A DNA stretch of 41,443 bases from Gemmatimonadaceae bacterium. GTDB lineage: Bacteria > Gemmatimonadota > Gemmatimonadetes > Gemmatimonadales > Gemmatimonadaceae. The notes under the pieces were generated by a model. It saw nothing but the letters and a program-made list of their open reading frames with translations. It was not told where the DNA came from and searched no databases. A program made the position numbers and the translations under genes. This document shows positions 35,931 to 41,443 of the stretch, piece after piece. The stretch spans positions 1 through 41,443 of the forward strand of contig JBOHTO010000026.1 in assembly GCA_050733695.1 (NCBI GenBank), in the 5' to 3' direction. Each line of letters starts with the position of its first letter. The first letter of the stretch is position 1.

Positions 35931-37295
35931 GTGTTACCGCACTCCCGTTCCATCACACCTGACGTTCAGGGGGCGTCCCGGAAGGACATCCTCGACCTCA
36001 CGAAGAAGCTCAAGATCCGCTTTCTCCGCCTCCAGTTCACCGACATACTCGGCGTCAACAAGAACGTGGAGATACCGGCCTCGCAGTTCGAGAAGGCGCT
36101 GGAGGGCGACATGATGTTCGACGGCTCCTCGATCGAGGGGTTCGTGCGCATCGAGGAATCGGACATGCTGCTCGCGCCGGATATCGAGACGTTTCGCGTT
36201 TTCCCGTTCAGCGATCCGGACCAGCCGGTGGCGCGGCTCATCTGTGACATCAACAAGCCGGACAACACCCCTTTCGCCGGCGATCCGCGCGCGGTGCTCA
36301 AGCGTCAGATCGAACGTGCTGCCAAGCTCGGCTTCACCATGAATGCGGGGATGGAAGCCGAGTTCTTCATGTTCAAGCGCGGAGAGAACGGTGCGCCCAC
36401 GACGGAAACGCACGATGTGGGTGCGTACTTCGATCTCACTCCCGTGGACCTGGGCGAAGACGCGCGGCGTGGCATAATTGACGTGCTGGAGCGGATGGGC
36501 TTCGAGGTGGAAGCGGGCCATCACGAGGTCGCGCACGGCCAGCACGAGATCGACTTCCGTTATGCCGGCGCGCTGACGACGGCTGACAACATCGCGACCT
36601 TTCGCTTTGTAGTCCGCCACGTGGCGCGGAGCTATGGTCTGCACGCGTCGTTCATGCCCAAGCCGATCTTCGGACAGAACGGAAGCGGTATGCACACGCA
36701 TCAGTCGCTCTTCAAGGGGAACCTGAACGCGTTCTGGGACAAGAAGGCGGAGTGGGAGCTGTCGAAGACTGCGCTGCACTACATCGGTGGGCTGCTCAAG
36801 CACGCGCGCGGGTTCTGTGCGGTGACAAACCCGCTGGTCAATTCCTACAAGCGGCTGGTGCCGGGATATGAAGCGCCTGTGAATGTCGCCTGGTCCATGC
36901 GCAACCGGTCACCGATGATCCGGATTCCCGACCGCAGGGGCACCGGTACGCGTGTGGAACTGCGTATGCCCGATCCCTCGGCGAATCCGTATCTGGCGCT
37001 TGCCGTGCAGCTCGCCGCCGGGATCGACGGTGTGGAGACGAAGGCCGACTCGCGCGAGCCGGTGAACACGAACATCTGGGCGATGTCACACCGCGAGAAG
37101 CGGCGGCTCAGGATCGACGATCTCCCACACAATCTCACGGAGGCGTGTGACGAGCTCGAGAAGGACAAGGTGATGACCGATGCACTGGGCGATCACATCG
37201 CCACGCACTTCCTCGCGGCCAAGCGTCAGGAGTGGGAGGAATACATCATCCAGGTCACGCCCTGGGAGCTGGAGCAGTATCTGGCGAAGTATTGA
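35931..37295 (+). CDS. glnA: Glutamine synthetase, type I-like
   Basis: N-terminal beta-grasp (…IRFLRLQFTDILGVNKNVEIPASQFEKALEG..MFDGSSIEGFVRIEESDM.L.PD). Catalytic-domain blocks (…GFEVEAGHHEVAHGQHEIDFRY…; NGSGMHTHQSL; …VNSYKRLVPGYEAP…W..RNRS.MIR.P). Confidence 0.9.
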   Translation: MLPHSRSITPDVQGASRKDILDLTKKLKIRFLRLQFTDILGVNKNVEIPASQFEKALEGDMMFDGSSIEGFVRIEESDMLLAPDIETFRVFPFSDPDQPVARLICDINKPDNTPFAGDPRAVLKRQIERAAKLGFTMNAGMEAEFFMFKRGENGAPTTETHDVGAYFDLTPVDLGEDARRGIIDVLERMGFEVEAGHHEVAHGQHEIDFRYAGALTTADNIATFRFVVRHVARSYGLHASFMPKPIFGQNGSGMHTHQSLFKGNLNAFWDKKAEWELSKTALHYIGGLLKHARGFCAVTNPLVNSYKRLVPGYEAPVNVAWSMRNRSPMIRIPDRRGTGTRVELRMPDPSANPYLALAVQLAAGIDGVETKADSREPVNTNIWAMSHREKRRLRIDDLPHNLTEACDELEKDKVMTDALGDHIATHFLAAKRQEWEEYIIQVTPWELEQYLAKY

Positions 37296-38631
37296 TGGTA
37301 ACGGTCGGAGGGGCGTCCTTCGTACCCTCCGATGTACCTTCCGATCGAGGTCCGCTCACGATCTCCCCGCTGTTGGCAAGCGCGTTGCGGAAGAGAATCG
37401 GGCCAGCCGTTTGGTTCACCGCCAGAACGGCGAGGAAGAGTGAGGCGATCTGCGGCCCCCGATCGGGGTACGCCTGTGCGACAACCGCGGCGAGACCGAT
37501 GGCAACACCGGCCTGCGAGATGAGACCGGGCCACACGTAGCGTCGCTCCATGGGTGAAGAGTTGGCCCAGCGAGCGCCCAGCTTCGTCCCACCCCATATG
37601 CCCACCGCGCGAACGATCACGATGGGCAGCACGAGCACCCAGAAGGTCGCGATGTCGTCGATGCGCATCGCCGCTCCGGCGAGCGCAAAGAACACGACGA
37701 ACACCGGTGCAGACGCGCGTTCCATCGCATGTCGGAGAGTCTCCCCGTCGTCACCTCTGGAAAAGTTTTCGGTCACGAAGCCGGCTACGAGCAGCGTGAG
37801 TAGTGTCTCTACGTGCGCCAGATCGGCTATCTCGGCCCCGAGGAAGGTGACCACGACGCCGAACATGAGCAGCTCACGCTGAACAAACCGGAGGTACAGT
37901 GCTATCACTCCTCCGAGTAGAGCGCCGACGACGAAGGAACCGCCGATTTCCCACGTGAGCATGCCGAGCGATGGGCCGCCACCACCGCCGGTCACAGGAG
38001 CGAGGGCACGCGCGAGGGCGAGGGCACCGCTGAAGAGCAGCACCACAGCCACGTCCGATAGGAGCACGATCCCGAGCGTCGTCCTTGCCACCGGTCCCTT
38101 CGCGTGCGTCTCGGTGAGAAGCGCCATGGTTACGGCGGGCGAGTGGACGATCGTTATGGATGCGAAGACAACAATGAGCGCGATCGCCTCGACGATCGGC
38201 ATATCGCTCAGAAATGGCACCCATTGCCTTACTGCCAGAAGGAACGCCGCCACAAGCACGAACGTCATGAGCAGCTCCGTGCTCATGATCTTGATGATCG
38301 CAGTGCCACGCTCGCGAACCTCGGCCCAGCGCAGCTCGGCACCTGCAAGAAAGGCAATGAGTGCTATGGCGACGCCGCTTACGGGCGCGAGCTCGCGTAT
38401 ATCGCCAACTGAAACCGTACCGAACACGTCGGGTCCGAAAAGCACACCGGCCAGCATGTAGCCCACGATCTTCGGGAGCCGGATCGATTCCGCCACTTCG
38501 CCGACCGTGTAGGCGGCGAGGATGAGGAAACCGAATTTGAGGAGTGTCTGCGCACTCTCCGGCTCTATGCTGAGCGGAAGAATCAACTGCATGCCGAGGA
38601 AGAGCAGCACGAGGATGATCCCGCGTCGCAT
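37255..38631 (-). CDS. Cation:proton antiporter (CPA family Na+/H+ exchanger-type membrane protein)
   Basis: ~12 hydrophobic segments. N-terminal FGFLILAAYTVGEVAESIRLPKIVGYMLAGVLFGP matches the CPA/Na_H_exchanger start. It overlaps the glnA 3' end convergently by ~40 bp, so the 3' end may be slightly shorter. Confidence 0.75.
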   Translation of the reverse strand: MRRGIILVLLFLGMQLILPLSIEPESAQTLLKFGFLILAAYTVGEVAESIRLPKIVGYMLAGVLFGPDVFGTVSVGDIRELAPVSGVAIALIAFLAGAELRWAEVRERGTAIIKIMSTELLMTFVLVAAFLLAVRQWVPFLSDMPIVEAIALIVVFASITIVHSPAVTMALLTETHAKGPVARTTLGIVLLSDVAVVLLFSGALALARALAPVTGGGGGPSLGMLTWEIGGSFVVGALLGGVIALYLRFVQRELLMFGVVVTFLGAEIADLAHVETLLTLLVAGFVTENFSRGDDGETLRHAMERASAPVFVVFFALAGAAMRIDDIATFWVLVLPIVIVRAVGIWGGTKLGARWANSSPMERRYVWPGLISQAGVAIGLAAVVAQAYPDRGPQIASLFLAVLAVNQTAGPILFRNALANSGEIVSGPRSEGTSEGTKDAPPTVTINTSPDTAPAPRA

Positions 38632-40034
38632 CAGCTCGTGCCCTCTCCTGACGACGATCGACCTGCATGTCGCTTCGCGCCTGGCTCTGAATCCGGTGGT
38701 GCGATCGCGTCGCTCAGCTCCGCTGCGGCAACGATGGCACGACGCTCGCCGGAGGTTTCATCCGTTCCTGATTGTTCGCGTTGCGCTGCAGCCGGGGGCG
38801 AAGGAGCTCTGTCAGGCCGTGCGGGCTCGGGATGATGATCGCCGACACGACGCGTCATGAAAGGCGCGACGACCGAACGCACGAGATGAGCGGCTGACAG
38901 ATCGGTGAGCAGGACCGATGCGATGGCCGCGGTGAACACCACGTTCGACAGGATCAATCGGTCATGTTGCAGATAGTCGAGTCCAAGTGCGACCGCCAGA
39001 CCGCCCTGACCGAGCAGTGCACGTCCCCAGTCGCGGCCGAAGACCGGTAGCGCGTCGTTCATGCGGGTGGCGAGTCGCGCCCCGCCGATCTTGCCTGCGG
39101 CGCGTGCCGCCAGGAAAAGCAGCACTGGTGCGATCCACTGCCTGAGGCTCGGTGCCCAGGTCGCGCCAGCGAAGATGAGCAGCACGAAATAGAACGGGCG
39201 CTCAGCGGCGATGAGGGTGTTCTCGATCTCCTGCCGGTTGGTCGACGTGTTGACGAGCGTGGCTCCCACGATCATCGCGGGCAGTAACGGCGACAGACCG
39301 AGATACGCCGCCGCGCCGGCGGTGAGAATGATGGCTCCGGCGAGCGCGACCCAGAGTCTGTCGGTCTCCTTCTCGGGGCCGAGAAAGAGATGGAAGAGCG
39401 CTCCGCCCACCAGGCCGATACCGATCGTAACGGCAACCCACTCGGTCGTCGTGAGGGCGCGTGCGAGTCCCTCCGGACTCGGATGCTGGATGCACATCAG
39501 GATGCCGAACGTCGTGATCGCGACGAGTGCATCCACGGCGGTCGTGACCTCCAGCTGTCGCACGACGGGCCCGCGCTGACCCAGCCGTCGCGCCACGACC
39601 TCGATACCCGATGGTGCGGCGACGGTGGCGATCGCGCCGAGGGCGAACGCCGGGATAGCCGACTCGGAGAAGGGGATGTCGAAGAGCCACGCGACGGCGA
39701 CCATCTCGAGCAGCGACACCACGAGTAGCGTGATGATCGCCTCCGCGAACGCGAGCCGGTAAGTCAACCCCTTGATGCGTACGAGCTCGGGGATGTAGAA
39801 CTGGGTTCCCACGATCGCGCCTATCCAACCGAGCGCGAGCGTTGTGAACGGCGCGAACGCGTCGATCGTCGTTCCGCTGAGCACTCCCGCGACCTGCGGG
39901 CCCAGCAGAATCCCGAGCAGCAGATACTCCGCGCCCGAGACGATGAGAAATCGCCTCGCGATCCAGTCGAACGCGACGTGTGTCGCCAGGTAGGCGAGGG
40001 CGACCACGAGGATGAGGATGAGGCCGGCGCTCAT
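38631..40034 (-). CDS. Cation:proton antiporter paralog (CPA family), translationally coupled to the downstream paralog
   Basis: Polytopic membrane protein with a CPA-like N-terminus (…FLIVSGAEYLLLGILLGPQVAGVL…). It has a soluble Pro/Arg-rich C-terminus. Its stop overlaps the next start (ATGA at 38631). Confidence 0.75.
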   Translation of the reverse strand: MSAGLILILVVALAYLATHVAFDWIARRFLIVSGAEYLLLGILLGPQVAGVLSGTTIDAFAPFTTLALGWIGAIVGTQFYIPELVRIKGLTYRLAFAEAIITLLVVSLLEMVAVAWLFDIPFSESAIPAFALGAIATVAAPSGIEVVARRLGQRGPVVRQLEVTTAVDALVAITTFGILMCIQHPSPEGLARALTTTEWVAVTIGIGLVGGALFHLFLGPEKETDRLWVALAGAIILTAGAAAYLGLSPLLPAMIVGATLVNTSTNRQEIENTLIAAERPFYFVLLIFAGATWAPSLRQWIAPVLLFLAARAAGKIGGARLATRMNDALPVFGRDWGRALLGQGGLAVALGLDYLQHDRLILSNVVFTAAIASVLLTDLSAAHLVRSVVAPFMTRRVGDHHPEPARPDRAPSPPAAAQREQSGTDETSGERRAIVAAAELSDAIAPPDSEPGAKRHAGRSSSGEGTS

Positions 40035-40199
40035 CGCGGGAAATTGGCGTGCCGGAGCCCGGTTGCAAAGAGCGGCAGCTCGATCAGTGCGATGACGGCT
40101 CCGCGGCTCACACTGTACCGGCTAGGCATGGACGCTCGACGGGACGATGCTGCGGGTTGCTCTGGCTAGTACTACTAGGTTAAGTTAGGTTGTGTCGAT

Positions 40200-41443
40200 C
40201 CATGCACGGGAACATGTCGGGCACCAGTCACCAAGCCGGATCAGCACCGCTTGCAGGCTGCGGCGGATCGCCGGCAGCGTCAGGCCGGGAGTTTTTTTTT
40301 CCGCGCAGCGTTTCCAGGACGAGGAACGCGTAGGCCATTGAGGCAAGCGTGACGTGATGATGCCACCCTGGCCACGAACGCCCTTCGAAATGATCGAGGC
40401 CGAGTTCATCCTTGAGTTCGCGATAATCCTGCTCGATACGCCAGCGCCCTTTCGCGAGGCGGACGGCACGCCGGAGCCCGAGCACTTCACCGGGGAGGTG
40501 CGCCAGCCAGTAGTGCGTCGGCGCGTCGGCGCCGCGCGGCCATTCGATCAGCAGCGCGAGGGGGGCCGTCGGCAGGTTGCGCGTAGTGGTCCAGCGGTGC
40601 GACGGCCACAGGGACGTCTGCGCGAAGCGCGAGCGCAGGGCCCCTTTGGTGCCCTGGCGCCACGTCACCGAGCGCCACGCGTCGGTGGGCAGCGTCGCGG
40701 CGATCGCATCCAACGCGAGCGGCTCGGACAGCGCGGCCCGGGGCACGCGACGCCGCGGGCGTCCTCGCCCCGTATACGGCGGGGGCCCGGCGGGGGCGGG
40801 CTGCTCGGACCACCCTTTCACGCTGGGCGCAACCTGGACACAGTACGGGAGCCCGCGCGCGGTGAGCGCGGCGCGGAAGTCGTGGCTCGTTCCGTACCCC
40901 GCATCCGCGAGCACCACCCGCGATCCCACGCCCCACGCGCGCACCCGATCGAGCGCGGCGAGGGCGAGATCGGCCTTGGTGTGATATGTCACGCTGTCCG
41001 GAACACGCGCGGCGGCCCGGCGGTCCGCATCCGCGATCCACGCCTCGGGCAGGAACAGGCCCCAGGTGAGGGGCAGACAGGCGCGGTCGGTGCCCAGATG
41101 GACACTCACCGCGACCTGGCAGTTCGCCGTCTTCCCGAGCGCCCCGCAGTACTGGCGGCCGACGCCGACCGACTGGTCGCCCTGCTTGGGGAAACTCGTC
41201 TCATCAATGATGAGCACCGCCTCCGGCAGCAGGCGATCGAGCAGCAGTCCGGTCAGGGCCGCCTGCACCGGCACCCACTCCCACGGGCTCTGATTCACGA
41301 ACTGCCGCAGCGCCTGCACGTCGGCGCCCGGGAGCCGCGCCACCATGGGCTCGATCGACTTGCGTTCCCCGTCCAGCAGCAAGCCGCGCACATACAGTCC
41401 GGCCTGCGTCCGACGCTCCACACGGCCGAGCAACGGGACGAGC
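40200..41443 (-). mobile_element. IS701-family insertion sequence, partial (one end at ~40200-40230)
   Basis: Transposase as above. The AT-rich segment with CTAGTA-C-TACTAG palindrome (40166-40178) just outside the transposase stop may mark the element boundary or target. Confidence 0.55.
40228..41443 (-). CDS. IS701-family DDE transposase, partial (N-terminus beyond window end)
   Basis: …LIIDETSFPKQGDQSVGVGRQYCGALGKTANCQVAVSVHL…, …VVLADAGYGTS.DFR..L…, …W.RGTKG.L.SRFA… and …RWRIEQDYRELKDELGLDHFEGRSW.GWHHHVTLA.MAYAFLVL match the IS701/ISAzo-type DDE transposase block order. The frame stays open to the window edge. Confidence 0.75.
   Translation of the reverse strand, partial: LVPLLGRVERRTQAGLYVRGLLLDGERKSIEPMVARLPGADVQALRQFVNQSPWEWVPVQAALTGLLLDRLLPEAVLIIDETSFPKQGDQSVGVGRQYCGALGKTANCQVAVSVHLGTDRACLPLTWGLFLPEAWIADADRRAAARVPDSVTYHTKADLALAALDRVRAWGVGSRVVLADAGYGTSHDFRAALTARGLPYCVQVAPSVKGWSEQPAPAGPPPYTGRGRPRRRVPRAALSEPLALDAIAATLPTDAWRSVTWRQGTKGALRSRFAQTSLWPSHRWTTTRNLPTAPLALLIEWPRGADAPTHYWLAHLPGEVLGLRRAVRLAKGRWRIEQDYRELKDELGLDHFEGRSWPGWHHHVTLASMAYAFLVLETLRGKKNSRPDAAGDPPQPASGADPAW

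Noticed and set aside
35934-36803. 289-aa minus-strand ORF
   Set aside because: Antisense to glnA.
39202-40068. 288-aa minus-strand ORF (Arg/His-rich)
   Set aside because: Alternate frame of the CPA antiporter gene.

Overview
This is a high-GC (roughly 65-70%) bacterial window, coding-dense on both strands. It mixes housekeeping genes with accessory and mobile features. In order along the window it contains:
- the 3' end of a periplasmic binding protein gene, translationally coupled to a PP-loop ATPase;
- a PIN-like gene followed by a small ORF;
- an IS110-family insertion sequence whose transposase is frameshifted by a 17-bp tandem duplication, inserted into, and truncating, an ECF41/SigJ-like sigma factor gene;
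- two VOC/glyoxalase-fold genes, ada, an ADOP/MacB-like permease, yggX, a GH3 glycosidase, an NrtR-like Nudix regulator and an NlpC/P60 peptidase;
- a split NHEJ LigD locus (stand-alone phosphoesterase and polymerase modules flanking a decayed ligase-domain remnant), preceded by cspA and a zinc-ribbon gene;
- lipoproteins, a TPR-HD-GYP protein, an SPFH/band-7 gene with a zinc-ribbon partner, and an S41 C-terminal peptidase;
- a plasmid-type RepA (RPA family)-like initiator with iteron-like repeats;
- cardiolipin synthase, a MerR-like regulator and an acidic/Gly-rich/lysine-rich histone H1-like disordered protein;
- a GAF-PAS histidine kinase with an HD-GYP response regulator, MqnD, a double zinc-ribbon protein, a CBS protein and a minimal-nucleotidyltransferase-fold protein with an overlapping small ORF;
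- glnA, two tandem cation:proton antiporter paralogs, and a partial IS701-family transposase at the window edge.
Two long homopolymeric G tracts and several short tandem or direct repeats are present. Most long ORFs antisense to these genes are GC-driven artefacts. All protein identifications rest on motifs recognised by eye in the supplied translations, with no database searches.
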